A DNA stretch of 37,392 nt from Pseudomonadota bacterium (GTDB lineage Bacteria > Myxococcota_A > UBA796 > SXON01): contig JAYVAS010000633.1 in NCBI GenBank assembly GCA_043750895.1, positions 1 through 37,392 on the forward strand, given 5' to 3'. Below the pieces are notes generated by a model. It was given only the letters and a program-made list of their open reading frames with translations. It did no database searches and had not been told where the DNA came from. The stretch's first letter is position 1, and each line of letters begins with the position of its first letter. This document shows, one piece after another, positions 9,128 to 18,315 of the stretch. A program made the translations under genes and the position numbers.

Positions 9128-10321
9128 TCACGGGAATCCGCCAGCCGACATGCGACCCCGCACCCATTCGATCGCTTCCTCGGTGGAGTGCAGCTGCCCG
9201 GACAGCTGAGCCTCGCGGACCAGAGCCAACCAGCGCCCCATCTCCGGGCCCTGCTCGATGCCGATCCGTGCCAGGTCGCGCCCTTGCGCGAGCGCGGGGA
9301 GCGGCGTGTGGCTCACGCCCAGGCGGGCGGCACGGTCCGCGAGCGCAGCGTCGTCGCGGAGGATCGCGAGCAGGGCGAGCTCGCCTTCGTCGGCCAGGCG
9401 GAGGCACGCCGTGTCGGTGTCGACGTGGTCGTGCCGGTGCCCGACCAGAAACAGGACCTGCTCCCGGACCCGGTAGCCGTCGATCCGGTGCACCCAGAGT
9501 CGGTCGAGCACCGAGACCGCCTCCGGCACCCCGCCCCCGCCGCACGCTGCGGCCAGCATCAGGGCGAGCCGGCGCGGAGCGGGCGTCACCGGGGCTGCGG
9601 CCACGCGATCCAGTCCCTCCGGGAGCCGATCCCACTCGGGGAGGACCTTCTTCCAGGCCCCCATCTCGCGGGCCACCTCCCAGCCGACCGACGGCGGATC
9701 ACCCCGGAGCAGCAGCTTCTCCACCTCCCCCCGGATGCGCTCGGCCGGGAGCTCGGCCAGGGGCATGGCGCGGCAGAGCTCCAGGAGCGGAGGGTCCACG
9801 CGGTAGCCGAAACGCGCGGCGAACTGCGCCACCCGCAGGGCCCGAAGGGGGTCTTCGCCGAAGGTGCGCGCGTCCACGGCCCGCAGGACCCCGCGGGCAA
9901 GGTCCCCCCGGCCGTCGAAGGGGTCCTCGAAGGCGCCGGTGAGCGGATCGTAGGCGATCGCGTTCACGGTCAGGTCGCGCCGCCGGGCCGCCTCGACCAC
10001 CCCCAGGTGTGGGTCCGCGTCGGCGCGGATGCCCCGGTGACCGGTGCCCACGCGTGAGTCGCGCCGCGGCAGACTCACGTCCAGATCGTGGTTCCCGCGT
10101 CGGAGCTTCAGAACGCCGAAGCTGCGACCGACTTCGTTGACGGGTCCGAACCCGCGCAGGAGCTGGAGAAGCGTGTCGACTTCGATGCCGTGGACTTCGA
10201 TGTCGAGGTCCTTCGAGGGGTTGCCCCGCAGCGCGTCGCGAACCGTGCCGCCGACCAGCAGCGCGCGTCCGCCGGCGGCCCGAGCTGCTTCGAACAGCGG
10301 GAGCACGCTGGGGGGGACCAT
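9128..10321 (-). CDS. cca: CCA-adding tRNA nucleotidyltransferase (class II, no HD domain)
   Basis: VGGTVRD, DLD, RRDLTVNA and EDPLRALR motifs; flexible loop RRDSRVGTGHRG present. Confidence 0.85.
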   Translation of the reverse strand: MVPPSVLPLFEAARAAGGRALLVGGTVRDALRGNPSKDLDIEVHGIEVDTLLQLLRGFGPVNEVGRSFGVLKLRRGNHDLDVSLPRRDSRVGTGHRGIRADADPHLGVVEAARRRDLTVNAIAYDPLTGAFEDPFDGRGDLARGVLRAVDARTFGEDPLRALRVAQFAARFGYRVDPPLLELCRAMPLAELPAERIRGEVEKLLLRGDPPSVGWEVAREMGAWKKVLPEWDRLPEGLDRVAAAPVTPAPRRLALMLAAACGGGGVPEAVSVLDRLWVHRIDGYRVREQVLFLVGHRHDHVDTDTACLRLADEGELALLAILRDDAALADRAARLGVSHTPLPALAQGRDLARIGIEQGPEMGRWLALVREAQLSGQLHSTEEAIEWVRGRMSAGGFP

Positions 10322-10438
10322 CAATGCCTACCTCGCGGGCTTGGGTAACGCGCAGCGCCCGCGTCGCGTCTGCATTCGCGCGTCCGCCTGTCGGCGCCGC
10401 CGGTGGCGGAGTAGGTTCCTCGTCCCTTCGGGAGCTTC

Positions 10439-10972
10439 ATGACCCCCTTGCTGGCCCTGCTCGTCGCCGCCGCTTCCGCCCAGTCCTACCCGGCGCCCTC
10501 GCTCAAAGTGGGCGACACGGCCCTGTTGTTCTCGCTCCCTGCCCTGAACGAGGACGCCGCGATGCGCGCGGTGGCGAGGCCGCACGTGGCCCTCGCCGAC
10601 TTCACGGGCGTGCTCCCCGGGTTCCCGGCGTCGGTGGTGGTGGTGCACTTCCTCCGCATGTCGGGCGGCGAGGCCCACCTCGCGGCGCTCAACCGGCTGC
10701 ACCGCCGGTTCGCGAATCGCGGAGCCCGCTTCATCGCGGTCCTGGTGGACGACGGCGACCTCGCCAGCGTGTCCGATTGGGTGGAGGGCCAGAAGCTCGA
10801 CTTCCCGGTGCTCCGCGACAACCACCAGATCGTGGTCGACCGGTACGGCGTCCTCACCTTCCCCATGACCTTCGTGATCGACGGGGACGGCGTGATCGAC
10901 GCGATCGGCGTCCCGGGTCCGGAGATCGAAGCCTCGGTCGACGCGCTGATTCTGCCCTTCCTGAAGGGCTAG
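10439..10972 (+). CDS. Exported TlpA/AhpC-like thioredoxin-fold protein lacking CXXC
   Basis: LKVGD..FSL, LDFPVLRD, YGVLTFPMTFVID motifs; no cysteine anywhere in the protein. Confidence 0.75.
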   Translation: MTPLLALLVAAASAQSYPAPSLKVGDTALLFSLPALNEDAAMRAVARPHVALADFTGVLPGFPASVVVVHFLRMSGGEAHLAALNRLHRRFANRGARFIAVLVDDGDLASVSDWVEGQKLDFPVLRDNHQIVVDRYGVLTFPMTFVIDGDGVIDAIGVPGPEIEASVDALILPFLKG

Positions 10973-10983
10973 CAGGCTGCGGT

Positions 10984-12546
10984 TCAGCTCGGGGCGGTGG
11001 CTGCCGACCCCGCGCGTTTCTCCATGGGGATGGAGATGACGACGACGGTGACGTTGTCCTTCCCGCCGCTCATGTGAGCGGCCCGGACCAGCTCCCGTGA
11101 GAGGGCGCGGTTGTCGTCGTGCTGGTTCACGTAGGCTTCGATGTCGGCGTCGTCGACCTCTCCCCAGAGCCCGTCCGAGCAGAGGATGATGCGATCCCCG
11201 GGCTCGAGATCCACCCGCCGCATCTCGATCTCGACGTTCCGCTCGGTGCCCACGGTCCGGAGCAGGATGTTGGAGTGGTGATGGTGACGGGCTTCCTCGG
11301 GGGTCAGCCGGCCCTGCTCCACCCACCGGGCCACGAGAGAGTGGTCCTTGGTGACCTGGTGCAGCACGCCGTTGCGCATGAGGTAGCCGCGGGAGTCCCC
11401 CACGTTGGCCCAGAAGGACACGCGGTTGTCCACGATCGCGCAGGTCACGAGCGTGGTGCCCATGTCGCTCCCGCGCGCCTCGGCGGTCCCCTTCACCGTG
11501 TTGTTGGCTTCCTGGAACGCGTCTCCGAGGATCTCTTCGAGGAGCTCCGGCGGCGCGCTGCCCACGACCGGCTTCAGGCGTTCGCCCGACACCGACATGA
11601 GCGTTTCTACCGCCATCTTGCTCGCGACCTCTCCCGCATCGTGGCCGCCCATGCCGTCGGCGACCGCGAAGAGCTCCACCGAGCCGCCCAGCCGCGCCCA
11701 CGCCCAGTTGTCCTCGTTGAGCATCCGCATCAGCCCCACGTCGGTCATGCCGGCGTGGCGCGTGGTGGGCTTGGGGACCGACTCGGAGCGGGCGACCTGG
11801 ACCAGGGTGCGACCGAAGTCCCCGGGGGTCGCGAACTCCCCGGACTCGCCGCGGTGGAAGAACGCCTGCCAGGTGGACTCTTCGATGGGCGTGTAACGGC
11901 GGAGCAGCTCGCCCATCTGGGCGACCATCGCCGCGGCCTCTTCGGCGGGCAGCGTCTGGTCCTGGACCAGCGCGACCTCCGGGTCGTACAGCAGGATCTC
12001 GCCGTTGGGGCGGATCAGGAAGTTCGCCCGGTGCAGCGATGCGAGGCGCACCCCGTTGTAGCAGAGCATCCCCAGCATGCCCGCGGCCCGACCGGCGAAG
12101 GCCACGACGCGGTCGATCGGCAGGGGGGATGCTTCGTCGAGCATCAGGGATTCGCCGTGGTACGGCACCACCGAGCAGACCTGGGTCGGGTTCTCCTCCG
12201 GGAAGGGGAACACGTCGCACGGCGACAGCAGCGCCGGGTGATTCACCTGCTTCTGGAAGAAGGTGAGGTAGGCGTCGAACCCGACGCGGTCCCATCGGGA
12301 AGAGAGCAGGAAACGCCGCACCGCGAGCGGCGCGCCGCAGCTCGTGCAGTTCGTGGACGGATCGTTGGGGTTGTCCTCGTTCCCGCAGTCCCAGCACCGG
12401 CGCTTCGACCGGTCGGGCCGGTTGTCGTTCACCAGGTAGTACATCCGCCCTTCGGCGAGCCGGATCAACCCCTCGACCTTGTAATAGTCCGATAGGTGCA
12501 TTCCCGGGGGGAAGCTCGTCGGACGGGCGCGGGAGCCGCTGGCCAT
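10984..12546 (-). CDS. PP2C/PPM Ser/Thr phosphatase fused to an N-terminal zinc-ribbon-containing pseudokinase
   Basis: ATG 12546. PP2C motifs TDVG..R..NED, VADGMGGH..GEVAS, MGTT, NVGDSR, LCSDGL, GKDNVT. N-terminus has CWDC...CTSC and degenerate kinase motifs. Confidence 0.85.
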   Translation of the reverse strand: MASGSRARPTSFPPGMHLSDYYKVEGLIRLAEGRMYYLVNDNRPDRSKRRCWDCGNEDNPNDPSTNCTSCGAPLAVRRFLLSSRWDRVGFDAYLTFFQKQVNHPALLSPCDVFPFPEENPTQVCSVVPYHGESLMLDEASPLPIDRVVAFAGRAAGMLGMLCYNGVRLASLHRANFLIRPNGEILLYDPEVALVQDQTLPAEEAAAMVAQMGELLRRYTPIEESTWQAFFHRGESGEFATPGDFGRTLVQVARSESVPKPTTRHAGMTDVGLMRMLNEDNWAWARLGGSVELFAVADGMGGHDAGEVASKMAVETLMSVSGERLKPVVGSAPPELLEEILGDAFQEANNTVKGTAEARGSDMGTTLVTCAIVDNRVSFWANVGDSRGYLMRNGVLHQVTKDHSLVARWVEQGRLTPEEARHHHHSNILLRTVGTERNVEIEMRRVDLEPGDRIILCSDGLWGEVDDADIEAYVNQHDDNRALSRELVRAAHMSGGKDNVTVVVISIPMEKRAGSAATAPS

Positions 12547-12575
12547 GCTGAGGGAGTCCTGCTGAGGGAAGACGG

Positions 12576-12605
12576 AGTGTAGTCCGCTGAGGAAAGCGAA
12601 AGCAA
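12576..12605 (-). promoter_or_regulatory. Putative sigma70 promoter for the phosphatase gene
   Basis: TTGCTT-N18-TACACT on the minus strand. Confidence 0.45.
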
Positions 12606-12661
12606 CGCCGCGGGCGCCCTCGTTGCGACAACGCGGTAGTGTGTAGCCCCGGAGTTCTTGG

Positions 12662-13813
12662 ATGAGCTGTCCTGCGCCGTTTGATCTTGTCGCGGGGGAC
12701 CCGAAGGGCGCGCGCGCGGGCGTGCTCCGCCTGCGACGCGCCGAGGTCCGCACCCCCACGTTCATGCCGGTCGGGACGCAGGCGGCGATTCGGACGGTCT
12801 CCCCTCTGCATCTCGCCGACACGGGGAGTCAGATCATCCTCGCGAACACCTACCACCTCTCCCAGCGGCCCGGTGAGGCGCTGGTGCAGAAGGCGGGGGG
12901 TCTGCACAAGTTCATGGCGGTAGACCTCCCGATCCTCACGGACTCGGGCGGATTCCAGGTGTTCTCGCTCGACAAGAAGGAGGTCACCGAGGAGGGGGTC
13001 AACTTCACCTACGAGGTCGACGGGCAGCGCACCTTCCTGTCTCCCGAACGTTCGATGGAGATTCAGCAGGCCCTCGGCGCGGACATCGCGATGGTGTTCG
13101 ACGAGTGCCTGCCGTTCGGCGCGGAGCGCGGGTACGCCGAGAAGAGCGTGGGGCGCACCACCCGGTGGGAGCGCCGATCCAAGGACGCCCACACCCGGCC
13201 CGACCAGTCGTTGTTCGGGATCGTGCAGGGGGGGTTCTGGCCCGAGCTGCGCAAACGCTCGGCCGAGGAGATCCACGAGATCGGCTTCGACGGGTACGCC
13301 ATCGGGGGGCTCTCGGTCGGCGAGGGGCACGCCAACATGTGCGACGTGCTCGACGTCACCATGCCGCACTTGAGCCCGACCCACGCCCGCTACCTGATGG
13401 GCGTCGGCAAGCCCCTGGACCTCGTCGAAGGCGTCGCGCGCGGCGTCGACATGTTCGACTGCGTCGTCGCCACGCGGCACGCCCGCAGCGGGGTGCTCTA
13501 CACCACCTCGGGGCGCATCCGCCTCACCGACGCGCGCTTCCGGAAGGACCTCTACCCGCCCGACACCAAGTGCTCCTGCTACACCTGTCGGACCTTCTCC
13601 CGGGCGTACCTGCACCACCTCTTCCGGGTGAGCGAGGTGCTCGGCTCCACGCTGTCCACCATCCACAACCTCTCGTGGTTCTCGTCGTTCATGGACCGGA
13701 TGCGGACCTCCATCATCGAGGGCCGGTTCGAGGCGTTCCGGAAGGAGGTACACGCGGTGTACCCTGAGGACATCGAACCCAAGCCTGTCGCTGCCCACAA
13801 GGGCAGGCGCTGA
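12662..13813 (+). CDS. tgt: Queuine tRNA-ribosyltransferase (tRNA-guanine transglycosylase)
   Basis: TPTFMPVGT, LANTYHL, TDSGGFQ, FDEC, GIVQGG, GGLSVGE, RYLMGVG, DMFDCV and zinc site CSCYTC...H. Confidence 0.97.
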   Translation: MSCPAPFDLVAGDPKGARAGVLRLRRAEVRTPTFMPVGTQAAIRTVSPLHLADTGSQIILANTYHLSQRPGEALVQKAGGLHKFMAVDLPILTDSGGFQVFSLDKKEVTEEGVNFTYEVDGQRTFLSPERSMEIQQALGADIAMVFDECLPFGAERGYAEKSVGRTTRWERRSKDAHTRPDQSLFGIVQGGFWPELRKRSAEEIHEIGFDGYAIGGLSVGEGHANMCDVLDVTMPHLSPTHARYLMGVGKPLDLVEGVARGVDMFDCVVATRHARSGVLYTTSGRIRLTDARFRKDLYPPDTKCSCYTCRTFSRAYLHHLFRVSEVLGSTLSTIHNLSWFSSFMDRMRTSIIEGRFEAFRKEVHAVYPEDIEPKPVAAHKGRR

Positions 13814-13825
13814 GGACCACCGACG

Positions 13826-15448
13826 ATGCAGCCCCAGCCGGCGCGGCTCTTGTTCTTTCGCGGGGCGGCGGCCGACGACGACGTCGCGCTGTTCGTCGTC
13901 CGCCTCCGAAACACCCGCACCCGCATCGGCCGGGTACACGACTGCGACGTGGTGCTCCCTGACGACGAGGTGAGCCGCTCCCACTGCGTGATCGACCTCC
14001 GCGACGGAGGGTACGAGCTGACCGATCGATCCAGCAACGGCACCTTCCGAAACGGCGAGCGGGTGCAGCGGGCCCTGCTCGCCGACCGGGACCGCATCCG
14101 GATCGGCCCGTTCACCGCGGTGGTGGACCTCAAGGGGGACGAGTACGCGCCGCCCACCGAGGTCGCCCAGCCCGAGCGTCGGGACGAGGAGCTCGTGGAC
14201 GCCGGCGAGGAGCTCGCGGTCGCGGAGGCCTGGCTCACCGTGCTCAGGGGGCCGGGGGAGGGGCTGCGGTTTCGGTTGAAGGGGAGCCGGGTGTCGGTCG
14301 GCGGCGCGGACAGCAAGGTGGTGCTGCCGGACCCGGGGTTGGTCAAGGACCACGTGATCGTGCGGCTCAACAGCGGTCGGACCATGGTGGAGCCGGGCGA
14401 GGGCGCGGCCTTCCTGGGCGCCACGCGCGTGCGGGACACGCTGCCCGTCCTCCCCGGGGAGGACATCCGGGCCGGGTCCACGGAGTTCAGCGTGACCTGG
14501 GACACCCGGTCCGAGGCGCCGCGCGCCGACAAGTTCGGCGAGATGGTCGGTTCCGGGGAGGCGATGCAGCGCGCGTTCGGCATGCTGCGACGCATCGCCG
14601 CCCACCACGCCCCCGTGCTGCTGCTCGGCGAGTCCGGTACGGGCAAGGAGCTGGCCGCGCGCGGGGTACACGACGCCTCGCCGCGGGCCGGCGCGCCGTT
14701 CGTGGCGCTGAACTGCGGCGCGATCAGCCCGACCCTGTTCGAATCGGAGCTCTTCGGGCACGAGAAGGGCGCGTTCACCGGGGCTTCCGAGCGGCGCGAC
14801 GGGGCATTCCACCGCGCGCACGGCGGCACGCTCTTCCTCGACGAGATCGGCGAGCTTCCCGAAGCGGCCCAGGCAAAGTTGCTGCGCGCGCTGGAGTCTG
14901 GGGAGGTGCGCCGGGTCGGTGCCACGGACCCGACCTTCCCCGACGTACGGCTGGTGGCGGCGACGAACCGGAACCTCATCGAGGAGGTCAAGAAGGGCGG
15001 CTTCCGGGGGGACCTGTACTTCCGCCTCGCGGTGCTGGCCGTGCGGCTCCCGCCCTTGCGGGAGCGCCCCGAGGACATGCCGTTGCTGGCCGAGGTGATC
15101 GCCGAGCGCATCCACCGCAACATCCGGATCACCCCCGACGCGATGGCCGTGCTCCGAGCCCACAACTGGCCCGGCAACGCCCGCGAGCTGCGAAACGTGC
15201 TCACCCGGGCCTTCGTGCTGACCGGACCGGTCATCGACGTCGACGCCCTCGTGTTCAATCCGCTCGAGATGGATCCACTCGCCGCGGGCGAGTCCAGCAC
15301 CCGCAGCGTCATCGAGGATGCCGAGCGGGACATCGTGCTGGACGCATTGAAGAAGTGCGGCCAGAACCGCAGCCAGGCCGCGAAGATGTTGGGCGTGCCG
15401 CGGTCGTCGTTGCTCTACAAGCTCCGCAAGTGGGGCGTGGACGGGTAG
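13826..15448 (+). CDS. Sigma54-dependent enhancer-binding protein with two FHA domains (second degenerate)
   Basis: FHA motifs IGR...VSRSH...SSNGT; GESGTGKE; [15 protein letters not shown]; LFLDEIGE; WPGNAREL; Fis-type HTH ([20 protein letters not shown]). Confidence 0.92.
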   Translation: MQPQPARLLFFRGAAADDDVALFVVRLRNTRTRIGRVHDCDVVLPDDEVSRSHCVIDLRDGGYELTDRSSNGTFRNGERVQRALLADRDRIRIGPFTAVVDLKGDEYAPPTEVAQPERRDEELVDAGEELAVAEAWLTVLRGPGEGLRFRLKGSRVSVGGADSKVVLPDPGLVKDHVIVRLNSGRTMVEPGEGAAFLGATRVRDTLPVLPGEDIRAGSTEFSVTWDTRSEAPRADKFGEMVGSGEAMQRAFGMLRRIAAHHAPVLLLGESGTGKELAARGVHDASPRAGAPFVALNCGAISPTLFESELFGHEKGAFTGASERRDGAFHRAHGGTLFLDEIGELPEAAQAKLLRALESGEVRRVGATDPTFPDVRLVAATNRNLIEEVKKGGFRGDLYFRLAVLAVRLPPLRERPEDMPLLAEVIAERIHRNIRITPDAMAVLRAHNWPGNARELRNVLTRAFVLTGPVIDVDALVFNPLEMDPLAAGESSTRSVIEDAERDIVLDALKKCGQNRSQAAKMLGVPRSSLLYKLRKWGVDG

Positions 15449-15453
15449 GTCGG

Positions 15454-16104
15454 TCACGCGAGCGCCCGCCGACTGGCGATGCTCACCCAGCGGTCCCCGG
15501 CGATCACGAGGTGATCGGCCAGGCTCACATGAAGGGTCTGGGCGGCCCGGGACACCCGGTCGGTGAGGGAGAAGTCCTCGGCGCTGGGCTCCGGATCCCC
15601 GCTGGGGTGGTTGTGGGCGAGGATGATCTGGTGGGCGCCGACCTGGACGGCGGGGCGGAGCACCATGGCTGGTTCGAGCACGGCGTAGGAGTCGGTGCCG
15701 ACCGACAGGCGCCGCGCCGCGACGGGTCGGGCGCGACGGTCCAGGTAGAGGGCGTGCACCTCCTCGACCGCGAGACCCCGGAAGCGGGGGACCAGCAAGG
15801 CGGCGGCAGCGTCGGGTCGGGTCACGGGGCCGCTCGGGGGGAGCCCGCCGCGACCGGTCCGGAGGCCCAGCTGCAGCGCCGCGTGGAGGCGCACGGCACG
15901 CGCGTCGCCCACGCCACGGACCCGGGCCAGGGCGGCCGGCGGAGCCTGCGCCAGGGCGAGCGTGGACCCGAACTCCTCGAGCATCGAGAACGCGATGGTG
16001 CGTGCGGATTGGCCCCGAACGCCCGTGCCGAGCACCAACGCGAGGAGGTCGGAGTCGCCCAGGTCGTGGGCGCCGTTGAGGAGGTAGTCTTCGCGGGGCG
16101 GCAT
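15454..16104 (-). CDS. radC: RadC (JAB/MPN domain) protein
   Basis: ATG 16104; GAHDLGDSDLLALVLGTG N-terminus; HhH VRGVGDARA; E..HNHPSGDPEPSAED..DHLV. Confidence 0.92.
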   Translation of the reverse strand: MPPREDYLLNGAHDLGDSDLLALVLGTGVRGQSARTIAFSMLEEFGSTLALAQAPPAALARVRGVGDARAVRLHAALQLGLRTGRGGLPPSGPVTRPDAAAALLVPRFRGLAVEEVHALYLDRRARPVAARRLSVGTDSYAVLEPAMVLRPAVQVGAHQIILAHNHPSGDPEPSAEDFSLTDRVSRAAQTLHVSLADHLVIAGDRWVSIASRRALA

Positions 16105-16115
16105 GCCGGCCCCGG

Positions 16116-16131
16116 AGCAAGGGGCGTGCCA
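16116..16131 (-). promoter_or_regulatory. Sigma54 (-24/-12) promoter for radC
   Basis: The minus strand reads TGGCACGCCCCTTGCT, matching the consensus TGGCACG-N4-TTGCW. Confidence 0.8.
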
Positions 16132-16163
16132 TCGGACCGACGCGGGGAATTCCTGGTGTGGGT

Positions 16164-16199
16164 GACGGACGTCCGTCGGGGGGTGACGGACGTCCGTCA
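16164..16199. promoter_or_regulatory. Two tandem perfect palindromes, putative enhancer (activator-binding) sites
   Basis: GACGGACGTCCGTC at 16164-16177 and 16185-16198, a 21-bp period. The second extends to the 16-bp TGACGGACGTCCGTCA. Confidence 0.65.
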
Positions 16200-16220
16200 G
16201 CCGAGGGGCGTCAAGGCCCC

Positions 16221-17360
16221 CTACGAAATGGGCCCCAGCTCCGTCGCCAGAAACGCCTCCAGCCGGGCCAGCTCCGCCTCGATGGCCCTGGTCGCATCGG
16301 CCCCCACGTCGGCGTGGATGCGGAACAGGACGTTGCCGTCGCGCTCCTCCCACCGGCCCACCGCGCGCCCGCCCCACCAGATCGACGGCCGCGCCTCCCC
16401 GGAGTTGTTGACCCCGCCCTTCGGCCCGGGTGGTGGGCCCACCCCGTCCGGCGGGTAGTAGTGGGGGATGTTGTAGGGAAACAGCACGTCCTTGAGCCCG
16501 GGCTCCAGGCACCAGGCGCGCTCCTGGTAGCCCTTGAGGAGGCCGTCCTCGTAGGGGAGTAGCCACGCGCCCTGCTCCGCGCGCGGGGGGGCCGGGACGT
16601 CCGCGAGGGGGGTGGCGTACCAGTAGCGGGTGCCGTCCACGTCCAGGTGCGCCGCGGCGGTCCCCATCGACGCGAGTGCGCGTTTGACCTCGGCTCTCGT
16701 GGCGGGAAGCCACCACGCGAGGTCGGCCTCCGTGAGGGGGCCGAACGCGTGCACGGCGCGCCGCAGGACCTCGGCGCGGGCGTCGGCGGGAGGGCGGTCG
16801 GGGCCGGCGTAGCCGGGCACCCAGGCGCGGGTCAGCGCGTAACGGGAGCGGTTGCTGCGGGCGTGGGGGGCGTCGGCGCGAATCACCTCTCCTTCGCCCA
16901 TCGCGGTGCGGAGCCAGTCCCGGAGGTTCGCGGCAAGGTCGGGGAGGGCGGCCTTCAGCTCGTTGGTGCCGCGGGGTCCGTCGGCGAGGGCGGCGCAGAC
17001 GCGGTCGAGCCCGGCGCGGACTTCGGTGCCGGAGAGGCTCCGGAGCGTGGGGCTCCTCCGACCGATGGTGGCGGCCGCCTCGCCGGTCGCGGCGACGAGG
17101 AGCGGGAGGTCCTCGACGCGGACCAGGTGCACGGTGGTCCGGAAACAGTTGATGCGGACCAGCCCGCGCCCCGAGTTCAGCCGGCGGTACAGGGCCGCCG
17201 CGTCGAGGGCGGGGAGGCGTGCCCACGCCGAGACATAAGGAGACCAGTAGTCGGTCGAGTGCAAGCCGAGGTTGTCGCGGACCACGCCGTCCACGTCGGT
17301 GCCCTGGCGCTGGAGGTGCAGGCGGGCGCTGCGCAGCTGTTCGAGCAGTTGGGGGGCCAT
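16221..17360 (-). CDS. AlkZ/YcaQ-family (HTH_42 winged-helix) DNA glycosylase-like protein
   Basis: ATG 17360; GLHSTDYWSPYVSAWAR, R.TVHLV, FGPLTEADLAWW, LLPYEDGLLKGY, GRAVGRW. Confidence 0.85.
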   Translation of the reverse strand: MAPQLLEQLRSARLHLQRQGTDVDGVVRDNLGLHSTDYWSPYVSAWARLPALDAAALYRRLNSGRGLVRINCFRTTVHLVRVEDLPLLVAATGEAAATIGRRSPTLRSLSGTEVRAGLDRVCAALADGPRGTNELKAALPDLAANLRDWLRTAMGEGEVIRADAPHARSNRSRYALTRAWVPGYAGPDRPPADARAEVLRRAVHAFGPLTEADLAWWLPATRAEVKRALASMGTAAAHLDVDGTRYWYATPLADVPAPPRAEQGAWLLPYEDGLLKGYQERAWCLEPGLKDVLFPYNIPHYYPPDGVGPPPGPKGGVNNSGEARPSIWWGGRAVGRWEERDGNVLFRIHADVGADATRAIEAELARLEAFLATELGPIS

Positions 17361-17384
17361 CGAAACGATTATGCTCCGCCGCCG

Positions 17385-18284
17385 ATGTACCCCACCCTCT
17401 ACACGCAGCAGACGTCGATGGGCGACGTCCCCTACAACACGTGGGGGTTGATGATCACGCTGGCCTTCTTCGTCGCCGCGCTCACCGCGCAGGTGCGGGC
17501 GGGGAAGATGGGGATCGACCCCGACAAGCTGGTGGGCGTCTACGTCATCGCCATCGTGAGCGGGCTCATCGGGGCGCGCCTGCTCCACTTCCTGATGGCC
17601 ACGCCGGACGAGTTCTTCGCCAACCCGCTGATCTTCTTCAAGATCTGGCAGGGTGGCTTCGCGTTCTACGGGGGGCTCATCCTCGCGTCGTTCACCGCGA
17701 TGTGGCTGGCCCGCCGGCGCGGTATCCCGGTCCTGAAGGTCGCCGACCTCATCTCGCCGGTGGTCATGCTGGGGCTCGCGTTCGGGCGGATCGGCTGTTT
17801 CTCGGCGGGTTGTTGCCACGGCATGCAGGTCGACCTGCCCGCGGATGCGACGGCCCTCTTCTCGGAGGCCTTCGCGCAGGCGCACGGTCAGCTCTACGTG
17901 ATGCCTCACGCGCCCTTCCTGATCGAGATCACCCGTCACGGGGTCGGTCACAACGACATCCCGGTGCTCGCGACCCAGCTCTACGAGGTCATCGCCGCCT
18001 TCGCCATCTTCGGCATCACCTCCGTCATCTGGCACTTCCGGCGCTACGACGGCCACGTCATGGCGGCGATGCTCATGCTCTACGCGATCTGGCGGCCGTT
18101 CAACGAGTCGCTCCGCGGCGACGAGGTGCGCGGCGTCGGCTACTTCGGCTTCCTCACCACCTCCCAGTTGATCTCGATCCCCGTGTTCATCGTCGGCGTG
18201 GGCTTCTTGATCAACGGGTTCCGGGTCGGGTTCAAACCGGAGACGCCCTTCGATCCGGACAACGACCTCGACGACCCGCGGTGA
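17385..18284 (+). CDS. lgt: Prolipoprotein diacylglyceryl transferase
   Basis: MYPTL start; GLIGARL; IWQGGFAFYGG; GRIGCFSAGCCHG; TQLYE; several TM segments. Confidence 0.92.
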   Translation: MYPTLYTQQTSMGDVPYNTWGLMITLAFFVAALTAQVRAGKMGIDPDKLVGVYVIAIVSGLIGARLLHFLMATPDEFFANPLIFFKIWQGGFAFYGGLILASFTAMWLARRRGIPVLKVADLISPVVMLGLAFGRIGCFSAGCCHGMQVDLPADATALFSEAFAQAHGQLYVMPHAPFLIEITRHGVGHNDIPVLATQLYEVIAAFAIFGITSVIWHFRRYDGHVMAAMLMLYAIWRPFNESLRGDEVRGVGYFGFLTTSQLISIPVFIVGVGFLINGFRVGFKPETPFDPDNDLDDPR

Positions 18285-18315
18285 GCGCCTGGCCGCTCCG
18301 GTTCACCGCGGGGGG

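Noticed and set aside
12547-12633. Three GCTGAGG repeats and GAAA motifs as a ribozyme or preQ1 riboswitch upstream of tgt
   Set aside because: No CUGAUGA core with supporting stems and no preQ1 consensus; the region is adequately explained by divergent promoters.
10328-16132. 1934-aa minus-strand ORF
   Set aside because: Only its 10984-12546 and 15454-16104 neighbours in other frames have motifs; this frame is Arg/Gly/Pro-rich and overlaps tgt and the activator antisense.
16161-16200. Tandem repeat as a mini-CRISPR
   Set aside because: Only two short copies with a few bases between them, no spacers and no cas genes; a regulatory site fits better.
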